A stretch of DNA of 63,697 nt from Rhynchobatus australiae (lineage: Eukaryota), in contig JAUZTB010000057.1 in the NCBI GenBank assembly GCA_034780895.1, positions 22,382,419 through 22,446,115 on the forward strand. Direction: 5' to 3'. The notes under the pieces are model-generated. The model had not been told where the DNA came from. It searched no databases and worked only from the letters and a program-made list of their open reading frames with translations. The position numbers were made by a program, and so were the translations under genes. Below are positions 12,991 to 25,700 of this stretch, piece by piece (position 1 is the first letter of the stretch; every line of letters begins with the position of its first letter).

Positions 12991-13224
12991 ATGTTTTGTT
13001 ACCATTTATCCGCATTCTCAATGTATCTCTCTACTCTACCTACCAACTGTTCCATCCGTCCACCTATTAACCCTTTAAAGTACCCATAATCTCATCCATC
13101 TGACACTCTCATCATATTCCACTCTCCACCATCCATCTTCTCAGAGCAACTCTCAGCCCCATTCTATGCACCTTGTCATTCAACTCACCAACCTTCTCAG
13201 CTCCCTCTCATGTCATTTATATGT

Positions 13225-13477
13225 ATTGACCCAGAGGTAAGGAGTGAGGATACTGACTGACCCACCCCACAGATCGAGAGTGAGGATACTGACTGACCCA
13301 GAGACCAGGAGTGAGGATACTGATTGACCCACAAATTGAGAGTGAGGATACTGACTGACCCAGAGACCAGGAGTGAGGATACTGACAGTCCCACAGGTTG
13401 AGAGTGAGGATATTGACTGACCCAGAGATTGGGAGTGAGGATACTGACTGACCCAGAGATTGGGAGTGAGGATACTG
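13225..13477. repeat. 31-bp minisatellite (~8 units visible, runs into a 100-N gap)
   Basis: Unit GAGTGAGGATACTGACTGACCCAGAGACCAG with variants; explains the periodic ORFs in the track. Confidence 0.95.
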
Positions 13478-13974
13478 NNNNNNNNNNNNNNNNNNNNNNN
13501 NNNNNNNNNNNNNNNNNNNNNNNNNNNNNNNNNNNNNNNNNNNNNNNNNNNNNNNNNNNNNNNNNNNNNNNNNNNNNAGTGGTGCAGCTCTTGAGTTCTG
13601 CCTATCGCAAAATGGCAATACTCCCAATCGTTCACGTACTTCAGAGCTGCTGAACAAGCTAAACAAAGTAGTTCCTCTGAGACACAAATTGAGAGATCAT
13701 TTGTCTGGAGTCTATTTTTTAATAAGTGCGTTTAGTCACGAGTTAAAATGTATAAATACTCCTTGAAGACCGATAAGGACAGCTTTCTGATTGACTTTCA
13801 GCTGTATCTGAGAGCTTCCTGCCACAGGTGACCAACAGGCTTCTATCCTGAGGGACTCCAACAATAAAAACTGCATAAAAACTAAACCCAAGCACTTTAT
13901 AAAAATAACATCCAAGCTTCAGAGATCAGATTGCAGCTTAGAACTCACTTCCTTGTAACCGCTATACAGTACAA

Positions 13975-15860
13975 ATAAGGGCATTAGAGGCAGGTGCAAG
14001 GATAGGGTACATTGCCTCTTGAGACTGCTTCACCGTTCAATAAGACCATTCGATTGTGTGAATGCCCCAAAATAGTGCCCTATTGAAACCAATCTTCTTG
14101 TACAACTCTACCAAATTTCCTCCCTGCTTTAACCAGAACCACCTCAGTTTGTCCAGTCTGACATCATAGCTGCTCAAAAATCTATTGACTTCAAATTGTG
14201 AGTACACTCATTTATCATGCACAACCCTCTGGGATGCAGAATTCTATAGATGTAAACCTACTGAGTGGAGATTTCTCCTCTTGTCTGTCCTAATTGGCTA
14301 TTGGCTATTGGCTTAACCCGAGACTGAACTTTTTTTATTCTGGTCTTTCCAGTCTAAGGAAACACAAATGGAAACACACCAAAAGCTCCTGGGATTCCTT
14401 CATTCTTTCAGGATCATCCCTGGGAAGCTACCCCCACACCACAACCCAACCCAGCCCTATTTCCACCAGTCTGGAATCAACATTTGCAGTAGATAAGTGG
14501 ATGGTGGTTCCCAAACTGGGAAAAAATAAGGGGGATCCAGGTGGGTTAACTTTTACAGCAGTGAGTCTGTAATGCTTTAATAATAGAGGTAGTTTTGATA
14601 GAATGTTCTTAATAGAGATAAATAACAACATTTGGCATTCTGACTGCAAGTGTTGATAAGTAGCTAGCACCACACAGAGTTGGCAAATATTTGTATCCAA
14701 TGATGTACCTCAGGATGGTGTCTTGCTATAGTTTTTTAAAAAAACTATCTAATCCTTAGTACATTCTTCTTTTTCTGCAGCCACGTAATTTTTTTTCTCC
14801 TGCTCTTTCTCCATTGACCTCCAAATTATTTTCACTCAAATGTGGACCCAATTCCCTTTTGAAAGCACCATTTATCTCCAGCACCTTTTCAATTAGGGAA
14901 TTAAAATCATCATTGCTGTCTGTATAAAGTTTTTTTTATACCCCCTTATACCTTTTGCCCAAAACTTTGAGTCTGTGACTCCAGTCCTTAAAATATCATC
15001 TAATGGAATAGCTTTCCTCTGTTTATCTGTTGTTATCTTATATGCCTCTGACAATTCTACCCACAAGTAGATGAATTCCAGTCTAACCTCAGAGCTAAAA
15101 TAACCTGAAGTTGAAAAATACTCAACCGCTGAACATCTGAGACTTTTGGGAAGAAAAACGGATAACTCTTTCAATAAATACCCCTCATCCAGAGACTGGT
15201 AACCCTCTGGTTCTGGTCTCTTTAACCAGAGAACAGAAGAAATCACTTCTCAGTATCAATCCCTTTCAAAACCTTATAAATTTTAATGTATTTTAGTCAT
15301 TTTTTGATAATAATTTCTGAATTTTCATTTCCATTTTAGCCGTCATTTTTTCCTCAAAATTAATTTATTTCACTTTTTCAGAATAATTTTGGCACAGCCA
15401 AGAACGAGCTCTGTGTGCTTCTAAATGATGCTAATTGAGAACACAGCCAACAGGGCAAGCAGAGCGTTGCACTACATTGTTCGATTAGAAAGGAACCATG
15501 AAGAGAAGATCAGAGCATCATACAAGCCTACAACGCAGAAGGACAGTCAGCCCAGTAAATCAGTGTCCGCCAGAAATGGACTTTGTTAATCCTACTTCCT
15601 GACACTTGATTCATACCCTTGTGACTATGACTTTTCAAGTGCTCATCCAGATTCTTTTAAAATGTGAGCTCCAGACCTCTGCTGTCATTGCAAGTAAACA
15701 TTTTTCTAAATTCCTTTCTGATCCTTCTACCAAGTAACTTAAACAACTGTCTTCTTTTTTTTTGACTTCCTTTTGAAGAGAAATAGATCATTTTGATTCA
15801 TCCTCTCATGATTAAATCCTCCTTCAATCTCCTTCATTCCAAAGAAAAATAACAGCAGCC
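13975..15860 (-). mobile_element. Patchwork of at least three highly decayed CR1 3' fragments (~13975-14400, ~14800-15280, ~15510-15860)
   Basis: Recurrent antisense CR1 motifs such as CCCTCTGGGATGCAGAATTC, CCCAATTCCCTTTTGAAAG and AAGTGCTCATCCAGATTCTTTTAAAATG. Confidence 0.5.
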
Positions 15861-16319
15861 CGAAATCTCCCACTATTGATATTTTTGCATTTCTCAAACA
15901 ATTTGCTCTTCCATCTCTCTTTGACTGCTTGGGGATAAAGTTCATTTCCAGTAACATAACTGCCCCTTTGTTGATCCCCATTTCAGTCCACATGGTATTT
16001 CATTGTTGGTTTCCTTCTCCTATTTAAACTTCCTGTCATGTTAAAACTTTCACTTGTCGAGCCAGCAGATGGTTCCCAGTTTGATCACAATGACACTAGG
16101 ATAACGTTCAAGCCTGGGAGGTAATGTGGAGAAGAATTGATCCTTTAACAGCAGAATTGTGAGGAAAGCCTGATGTTGGATTCTTCAGATTGAAATTACT
16201 TGATTGTGAGAGGATCTATGCTTATAGTAATCAAAGGAAAAGGTACATTTGAAACACTATTTCATGTGGAACTGTAATTGAAGAAAGGGTTACAGGATCA
16301 AAGTGACGTTGGAGTAACT

Positions 16320-16652
16320 TGGACCTGTTTCCATGCTGCATGTCTCGATGACTGAATCCACACCCACCATCAACCACCCATTTACACTAATCCTACATTA
16401 ATCCCATTTAAAAAAAATTATTCTCCCTACTTTCTCATCAACTCCCCTAGATTCTACCACTGACTTATGCGTTTTACAGCGGCCAAATAACCTATCGACC
16501 TGCACATCTTTGGGATGTGGGGGGAAACCAGTGCACCCAGAGAAAGCCTATGTGGTTACAGGGAGAACGTGCAAACTCCACACAGGCAGCACCCGAGGTC
16601 AGGATTGAACCCAGGTTTCTTGCGCTGTAAGGTTCTATGACCTACACCACTG
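16320..16652 (-). mobile_element. HE1-like V-SINE (long subfamily), preceded by a short plus-strand tail fragment
   Basis: GGGAGAACGTGCAAACTCCACACAGGCAGCACCCGAGGTCAGGATTGAACCCAGG is the antisense head and B-box; antisense V-domain at ~16510-16550. Confidence 0.85.
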
Positions 16653-16734
16653 AGAGGCTTAGGGCTGCTTAATTTAGGAATGCTGGCAGGGAAATGTTCG
16701 TTGGTGAAAGAATGGGTAGGATTGCAATGGGTTT

Positions 16735-16868
16735 CCAGTCCAGATGAAGGGTTTTGACCCTAAATGTTAACTGTCCATTTGCCTCCGTAAATGCTGCCTG
16801 ACCTGCTGAGTTCCTCCAGCATCTTGAACATTGTTCTGGATTCCAGCATCTTCAGTCTCTTGTGCCTC
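16735..16868 (+). mobile_element. Penelope-like terminal repeat with degenerate hammerhead
   Basis: CAGTC-CAGATGA-AGGGTTTTGACCC-TAAA-TGTT-AACTG followed by ATGCTGCCTGACCTGCTGAGTTCCTCCAGCA. Confidence 0.8.
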
Positions 16869-17169
16869 CTGTTTAGAATTGCTGTTTGCATGAGAATCAG
16901 TGGTGGCACAGACTGGGTGGGATTTGGGAGGAGGAGCCTGTTCTTCTGCTATAACTTACGTGCATTTGATTCCAAGTAGTTTCCTGGCGTCCCGTTATCC
17001 ATCCCTCTGTGAATGTCAGCTCATCCAAAACCTTGCAGCCTACATAAAGAGGGGTGTCCAGAAGTGGGCACATGGGGTCCATTAGGATAGCCACTGGCAG
17101 CTGGGCTAAGGGAACGGAGATGGTGGGAATGAACTAAAGCCCAGCTGTTGGAGGAACTGCAAACTCAGA

Positions 17170-17350
17170 GAGATTGCTGAGCTGGAGGAGGTTGCAAGGA
17201 CAGTGAAGAGTAAATTTGGAGATGATTTAAACAAAGGCATAAGGATTTTATATTATAAACTTGAAAGAACTGGCCATGAATATAGGTTAACAAGAAACTG
17301 GGTGATGGGTGATCAGAACCTAATCCAGGATCAAGTCACAGCAGCTTTTT
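17170..17350 (-). mobile_element. Decayed L2/CR1-group LINE fragment
   Basis: Purine-rich antisense pattern GCTGGAGGAGGTTGCA...GATTTAAACAAAGG...GGGTGATGGGTGA, similar to 53500-54100. Confidence 0.4.
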
Positions 17351-17758
17351 AAAATCCTCATATAATATTTCCTATTGCCTTTTTTTTAAAATAGACTAAC
17401 ATTGGATACCGTACACTTCATGCATATACAGTTGCTTTGGTTCTTTTCTCAATCATAACACTGAACAGTGCAGGGGAACAAATAGAAGGTTGTGGTATCT
17501 TTATATGAAAAGGGAGCAGCTGAAAAGCTTGGCATGGTTTCAAGGGGACTTGGACTCGGTCCCAGGACAGCAAGACTCAGCAGTGCTCAAAGGCCTTTCT
17601 TGTCAGCTTTGCAAAATATCAGATCACCCATCCAATTCATTTTTAATAAATCTGCAAGNNNNNNNNNNNNNNNNNNNNNNNNNNNNNNNNNNNNNNNNNN
17701 NNNNNNNNNNNNNNNNNNNNNNNNNNNNNNNNNNNNNNNNNNNNNNNNNNNNNNNNNN

Positions 17759-18360
17759 CCTGCACATTGTCTATCTGCCTCTATTCCTTGCCTGTTCATG
17801 TGTCTGTCTTAATGCATTTTAAACATTGCTTTCAAAAGTAATTCCACTACCTCCCCTGGCAACGTGAGCCAGGCACCCACCGCTGTTGTAATTTTTAAAA
17901 AAAAACTTGCCTCCTAAATTTCCTTAAACTTTCCCCCTTTCACATTTAGACCTAGACCCTGCAGTATTCTATCAGGTCACTACACTCAGCCTCTAACGCT
18001 CCAGAGAAAACAGTACAAATTTGTCTAACCTTGTAGCTAATGCTGTCTCTTCCATATACATTTTAAAATGTGAAAATATTCAATAAGTAACAGAGAAACT
18101 GTTTCCTTTATTGGAAAAACTCATTGTAGGAAGTCAGAGTTAGAGCTATGTTTTTCACATAGAGGGCAATGGCAAGGTAGATTTATCTTCCCTAAAAGAC
18201 TGTGGATGGAGGGATGATGAAATTTTCAGTGGATGCATTTTGAAAGATATCCAGAAGTAAGTAACAAAGATGGTTAAATGGAATTGTGCCTCAGTTCAGC
18301 ACAGTTGTAATTAGTGGTACCAGCTGGAGGAACTGATGGGCCTCTTCCTGTTCCAATGTA
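17759..18360. mobile_element. Two CR1 3' fragments in opposite orientation (~17760-18040 minus, ~18060-18360 plus)
   Basis: CCACTACCTCCCCTGGCAAC...CCAGGCACCCACC (antisense) and TTTTTCACATAGAGGG...GATGGGCCTCTTCCTGTTCC (sense). Confidence 0.6.
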
Positions 18361-20509
18361 ACTTTAGGGAACATCACAGACTTTGAAGTGTTTTGGAACA
18401 GTTGTGTGACCTAATCAAAAATTGCTATATTTGATCTTTTAAAAAATTGCACTTAATTAATCTGATTCATGATTGTACAGTCTGTCAATATCTCACTAAT
18501 TTGTCTGCCCAAATGGTCCAGGGGGAATGCATTTGTTAGCACTTTGAGGGGGTTATTATTCACCGTGACTGCTTAAGCACTCTACTTCATTTTTAATAAA
18601 TCTGCAAGAAAGGTCATCGTAGGAGCACAGAGATCATCTAGTTGGACGGGCGTAACTGTCAGCCTGAAAAGTGATATTGTACCGTTCACAAGTCAGAGGG
18701 CAATAAAGTGATCCAGTGGAAATGGAGGCATTACCTTCAGCTGGAACACACATCGGCAAGGCTCTGTGAAAGGCCGTCTCTAATTAAACAAAAGACGGGA
18801 ACATTCCCTTGAAGCCCCATCACATTCCTTCAACTTTTTACTTCTAACCCTCTTTCTAGCTTATTCGTTGATCAAGATTACTATAAGATATTGCAGAGGT
18901 TATACTAAGGATGGATGTATCAGCAGCCACTGAGGTTAGTCACTGCAGTTCTGATTCCTTCCAGATCAGATCTCACTCACACTGCTGGGTTCCAGCCTGA
19001 GCTGATGGCTTAAACACAGGTGCAAGGCTGGAATTTTGTGATGGTTCTGGCAGAGTCTAGAACAACATCTGTGGTTCTCTGAAGCCAAGCTTTTGCTATA
19101 AGAACCAAGGGATCTCTATTGATTTTGCTTATGGCAAGTTGGAATATATGTTCTTTTACAATATTGCACCATGTACATTTGTAGAACCACTGATTTATGG
19201 CAACTGAGTCTTTATCATACAATATTATGACATGTGGAATCCATCTGCATATCATCCAATTTTAAGAAGCTCTGATGAATTTATACAGTGTTTCATCATG
19301 TACCCTAAAGCACTTGACTTTGATGAGTGTTTTGATGGTAATATCACAGAAATGTTACAGGAAATGCCGAATGGTAAACTTTGGATAACTGAAATATTAG
19401 ATAAATGCTAAACATATATAAAGGATTGAATCACACCAAATGATACACATCACATACACTGATAAGCAACAAACCGCGAGGTTAGTCCTATTCCGAGGAA
19501 ATAAAGAGATCAAAGCAACTACTAGTATTTTATTTCTCCGAAGTCCAGCCAATGTGGACTGCATACATGAATGAAACTCACTCATGGTACATGGGAAAAT
19601 ATTATGAAACAAAAGACCTCATTATAAAGACTTTTCCCCCACTAAGCCCACTGCTGCAACCCAATCCCACTTCTACACACATTCTGTGTCTTGCTCAGAT
19701 TTTAATATGAAGCTATTACCCATTTTAAAATTAGTTATAAGTTTTGAGATCAAAAATAAAAAAAGCAAGCACAGCACATTTAAGATCTTACTGGCCAGTT
19801 AATCAGGATACCAGTAGATTCAATTTCAAATTTATTAGACATCAGAAACTGGTTATAGAATTTATTAGGTAATATTTTGTGCAAATTATTGTATAAGACT
19901 TGTGCAAGGAGCAATATACTTAGCCAAAAGAAGCCAAGTGCACATTACAAGTATATGAGCTGAAGTAGTTTGAAAGGTTGCTCAAGTGCAGAAAAAAAAT
20001 TGCAGAGAATTTTAAATGGATTGAAAGGCCTCTGGCGTGATTATGGAAAAATCAATACTTCTGGCTGAAAACTTCACAGAAAATGTCTTCACCATGAACC
20101 TGACAATTATTGATGTTTGTTTAAAGGAAGCCCTCCCCACCTCTACTCAAGCCACTTTGTCACTTTTGAATATTCTCATCCATGCTGATTTAAGATAATA
20201 TTGTTGCTATATGATTATGAGGTAAGAAAGCCATGGATCAAGATCAAGATCATGATCATGTGTTATTACTTCCCCTAACTACCTGGTTGTAGATGGCACT
20301 GGATTCACACAAGATTGCATGCAATTATCACGGAATGATTGGTCTCAAGTTCCACCTTAGGTGCATCCTTGGCAGCATCTGAAAACTCTTCCTTTAACCA
20401 GGAGAAATTCTAGGAACCTTCAAACCCTAGCCAGGCCTCAATGACTTGCTCTAAAGAACAAGTATTTATCCCAACTAAAATCACATCAATAAGAGTCCCA
20501 ACTCTTTAT

Positions 20510-20597
20510 TTAGAGTTATAGAGTTGTATAGCATGGAAACAGGCCCTTCAGCCCAACTTGTCCATGCCAACCAAGTTGCTAGTCCCAACTGCCTGTA
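20510..20597 (-). mobile_element. SINE/CR1 3'-tail fragment
   Basis: ATAGAGTTGTATAGCATGGAAACAGGCCCTTCAGCCCAAC is the antisense of the shared HE1/HER1-type tail. Confidence 0.75.
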
Positions 20598-21149
20598 ATA
20601 GTCATTTCTTTATAATATGGCCACTGAGTGGCTGTTAGCACCTTGGATTGGACAATAGGCATCAATTCCCTCATTAACTCTAATTTTGCAAGAAATTATA
20701 CATGATATTATCAAAGCGATACCTGAATTTACTCACTTCTGTATTTGTCTGCAGTTCCTCACAATTATCTTTTTGAATCTCAACCAATTTTGAATTGTAC
20801 TGAATTACATCCTCACAACCTTGCTTGAAAAAGATGAGTAAATATTCAGACACTGAGGGCAGCTATTGTTCTTGTACAAGCTCAAGGTTGGCAGCCACAG
20901 ACCTGAGCATACCACTTTTTGATGCTGGCAATGCGAAGCAGCTAAAGACGTCTTCATTAAAGGAACTACATGAGAGAGAGCTGCCCTTATTAGGATTTCA
21001 GTGCTGTGACTGAGCTTTGCTGCAGGTACCAGATTTCATAAAAGATGGAAAATTAAGTTTTTGATCGACTCCTTGTACTTGTCAATGATCTCAAGTCATT
21101 ACTTGCAAAAGAGAATGAATGCTGCCTGCCACATGGTCAAAACTCCTTC

Positions 21150-21230
21150 CTTAATACAACATAGTCAGAAGTAAATAATCTGTTCACCATTTGTGGGATC
21201 TTGCTGAACGCAAAACATACACCAATGACA
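21150..21230 (+). mobile_element. Isolated Deu-domain remnant
   Basis: ATTTGTGGGATCTTGCTGAACGCAAA resembles the Deu core seen at 3860-3895. Confidence 0.45.
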
Positions 21231-22385
21231 CTGTGAGGACAAGATGCAGCTCCTTTTGTGTTTCCTGCTGTTTTCTGTTACTGTTTGCCATTCTGCAGAA
21301 GTGCTTTATTGGATGGCCAACAAAGAACAAACCCCACCGAACAAGCCTTATCCACAACACAAATCTTGGCCAAGGTACTTCTGCTGTCTCTTAAGTGCAT
21401 TTTTTTTTGGGACAAGAAAAATCTCTCCTTCCTTATCAGTGAGTTGCAGAAACCATCAGGCATGGTCTCTCCCCTCAGCGTTGTTATAATTGGCTGCATG
21501 GCCATTTATTATATATGATTAGCATTTAAAACACCAGATATTGCTGGTTTATAGCTGCCTGCTGCATGTGAAAGGCCAACAAAGGTAATCTTACAGGCTA
21601 ACAGATGACATCAATTTGTGTTTGAACTGCCTTATCAGGCAAATACATTAAAGGCCTTCAAATCTTCTGACTCCATAGTAAATAGGGTTTCACGTAACCT
21701 TATAAATTGGTATTTACATAACTTCAAAAGATAATGTGACCATGCTACAATTACATTCATTAATGTCTATACAACACCCAAAAGCTAAAAAAACAGTTTA
21801 TTCCCATCTTAAAATGCCTTTGATCAAAGTGACAGTGGGCCTTCAGTAGTGTTCTAAAGTCAACATCTTCTTAAGTAGGGCATTAAACCCTTTGCCTCTT
21901 ATCAAGTTGGGCTGAAATCATCTGCAATGAAATGTTTCATGGTATTGTACTTGCTGTTTCAGTTTAACAGCACGAGTTAATGTAATGGAACAGGAGTATT
22001 TTTAATTCATATTTCTGATGGGTTCTAAACACTTTGTTGTTGGATTCTCAAGCCCAAGGGTTAATGCTAAGCCAAAGGGAGAAATTGCAAAACATAACAC
22101 AGACAAATTATTCTATCAATTGAATTAAATTAAATTGTTCAGCTTGAATAACACACTAATAATGTCTGCCCAGACAATACAAAATTCATCAGCACTTGGT
22201 ATTATCATTATTTGTGTAATATGATTTTGCATGTGTGACTTTGGGTTTATAGAAACCATTTTTCTCGACTCGTTAACAAAATCAGTCTTCATAATAAAAG
22301 TACTCAGATCTCCAAGTAGCAGTTACCTTAGTTGTTTCCAAATTAATGATGCTTATAGCTCAGACAGTACTCCCTTTGAGAAAAG

Positions 22386-22752
22386 GTGTGCATTTATAAA
22401 ATGACTTACATATCAAGACGTTCCAAAGAGCTTTAGGACTAACACAGGATGGCCAGAAACTAATTTGTAGCTGGTAAGATGCCACAAATAGCAATGAAAT
22501 AATTTTTGCTATTTTATATACTGGTTGGGAAATAAATGTTGGCATTTAGTCTTGGAGAATTCCCCTGCTCTTCTTGGACAAGTGATGTGCAATCCACCTC
22601 TGGGGGCAGATAGGCCTTTAATTTAAGCAGCTTTGACAGTATAGCACTCCCTCATCGCCACACAGAAGTGCCAGAGATTAGGTGTTCTAGTGTACAGAAT
22701 GGTGCTTGAACCACTGACTTTTACCTCAGGTGTTACCACTGAGTTGAGGCTG
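22386..22752 (-). mobile_element. DeuSINE, decayed
   Basis: Colinear with 3748-4135: TGCATTTATA tail, AAGATGCCACAAATAGCAATGA, GAATTCCCCTGCTCTTCTT, GACAGTATAGCACTCCCTC, and head CTTGAACC...ACCACTGAG. Confidence 0.7.
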
Positions 22753-25700
22753 GCTCTTCATATTTACCAATACATAGCAGTCCAGAACTTTGGTCAATAG
22801 AGTCCTTCATAAGTAATGAGATGCTATGTTGGGCTATCAAGGGGTACTGAAGCTCCCATGTCTGCTTACAGTTGAAGCTGCCAATGAAACCAACTCTACA
22901 CTGCAGCATTCATGGCCTTATTTACAGGTCGTGCCCACATTATGACACCGTTCCATTCCTGAGAACTCTTTGTAACCCAAACAGATCACAAGTCGGATAT
23001 TTAGCCACCTGGCAATATATTTGAATGAAAACACAGGCCAACCAAGGGAAATGTAGTTAAACCAGGGCATTTAACTCAACCAATCATATATTGGCCAGAA
23101 CCAAATGCCACCCTGGCAGAAGATGCATGCAGCCCTGCAGCAGCTGGCAAATCTATCCCGGTGGTCTCCTGAACACTCATTCGTATGTAGGGGCTGTACA
23201 TAAGTTGAGCATTCATAACCTCGAGAGAACCTCAGTGTCACAAAGGGGTCCTGCAATCACCATCAGCAAATTGTAAAATGAGCTGTTAATTTTAATTCTT
23301 AGACTTAAAGGCAACTTGATGCAAGTCAGCAACACTCTCTTCGGTTGTAAAAAAAAAGTAAAAGGGCTAACAGTACAACAGAAAACTCATTTAAAACTTC
23401 CATTGCTTGGAAACATGGCAAGTGGCCAAATGACCCTGTGTACAAAGTGCAATGACCTCATCCAGTATTTACAGATTTATGGTCATGGAGTGCTTTTGCA
23501 ACTTGGGCAGTTCATCAGATGAACAGATTAGAACTAATTCAGATTTCATAATTATAAATTGCTAATTAACTGTACAATATTAACTATTTAAAAAAAACTC
23601 TTCACTCTTTTAAGAGACTGATCAGAATCCCAATCTGAGCTTCCAAGGAAAGAAACAAAGCAAGAAATATAAAATTAATTACGTGGTGTGGAGTTCCAAT
23701 ATTTTCCAAGTATTTAATAAAAATTCAATGATTCCCACAACGTTTCCTACATTCTTTTTGCATAAACATTGTTTAAAATATTGAATTAAAACAAGCTTCT
23801 GCTATCTGAACCAAAAGTCCTTAGAGTGGAGCTCCTACCTAGTTAATTAATAATATCTAAAAATTAACTCAGATAATCCTTTGTAAGAATGCAGTCCTAG
23901 TACTGCTGTGAAATCAAGTTGGTAACAATGGTAATTATCTCCTTTCTGTTTCAGCAGCATCTTAAAACTGTCCAGTTAAAAAGCTCCAGGAATCAAAACT
24001 ATTCACAGCAAAATTTATAGCCTGGTAATCATATGTACACGTCTATGATAAAAATCCAGTTGCCCAAACATTTTATTGAATTCCTGGCTAACAGAGTAAG
24101 CAAGAAAGATGAAACATTCTCCACGTGGTATACCACTGAATTAAGGAGATAATTCCACAATCTAGGTCATGGTTTAGGGATATTGTAGCACCTGGGTCCT
24201 CATTTGCAGCTGCTCCAATGCATTCTGACTAATTTCCACAAAAATGCAGCATGAGGGATATGAACTAGGCTCAAAATATGCATATTTCTGGCCCTGACTG
24301 GGAGATTTTGTGTAGTTTTGACTATTCTAAAGTCTCCAAAAAGCGATCCATTTCAGAACCAAAGACATGCCCAAGGAATTTTTCCCTGTATAATTTAGTG
24401 GAATAGTCCTCAACTAAATTTTAAGTTCAATTACTTGAACTGCGATGTGAAGTCATCCATACAAATCAGTCATGAAACAGTAATGTAACAGTGAGGACCA
24501 ACATAATGGGACATGTGCAGTTTCATGTAAAATGAAGTAAATAAACTATTCATTTGGAATGCATCATTAATTAGAATGCTGCATTGTAAATTACTCTATC
24601 ATGAAAATATTATCACAAATTAATTGCATTTAATGTTATTATGTTGGAATAAAATGCTATTAATGAAATGTAATATTGCTATTATAAATGACAGCATGAA
24701 CTGAACACAAGGACAAATTAATAGGAACAATATTATCTTGGCATGGTCTCAGTATATTGATGATAAATGCCCCTCTTTTTTTTTAAGAATACATTTGGAA
24801 GAAACAACGTGACCTTTAAATTCTGATTTGCCAGCAGATATGATGTCTATTTATCTGTGCCTGTCTCCATGCTGTTTATCCTAACTTTTGACAAATTTTT
24901 TTTTGAAACATAGCCCAGGAGATAGCGATGTTGGGAGAGCAGTGAGCAGGAGCTTTTGTTCCATCTTGTATTGGTAATGTGACCAAGTTTGAACTGAACC
25001 TATTCAGCATCTCACTACAGAGCAAGACTTCTTGCAGGATCATTAATCGGGCATTATTGAGCAAGGACAAGCACATCTGGCCAATGAGCCCTTTTGTAGA
25101 TGGCCCCAGGAATAAAACTGTTCAACCTCACCACCTCTTGGCAGCATGTGTACGTGAAGCAGCCACCTGGCCCCACAGCCACTGCAGGCAACATAAGCCA
25201 ATGATTTTGTTTTAAAGACTTTTTATCCATTAGTTTTCACTTTGGCAATTTCTTTGATCTTGGGAGAAGAAAAGTTGCGAAACACCATCAAGCTATTGCA
25301 GTATAAATGTATTTCAGGCAAGCTCTGACAAACTGAAGATTTCTGTACACCTGACTGATTAGAACCACGGATCAGTTTCTGAACAGTGCCACAACAGAAT
25401 ATCGATCGTAACAATATCTCTGTCATTCACTTCAAGAATCTCTTGAGTTTAAGCAATGCATATTAAGGCAAAAGTAACTTAAAAGGATGTGCACAATAAA
25501 TTCACTGTTTCATTTTTAAATCAATTAAAATTCAACCCCATCTCTTCCGTATACTGCTAGCACAATGTCCATTTTCTATTAATTTGAGTCCATGACATCT
25601 GGCATGTGGGAGCTCATTTCAGTATTTTGGTGACAAAAATCAAGTTCCAACTTCAGTAATGACTCCACATATTAAATGCATCCTGCCCATAAAAACTATG

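Noticed and set aside
13197-13687. Repetitive ORFs and a CRISPR-like look of repeated GAGTGAGGATACTGA
   Set aside because: Tandem minisatellite without unique spacers, eukaryotic context, no cas genes.
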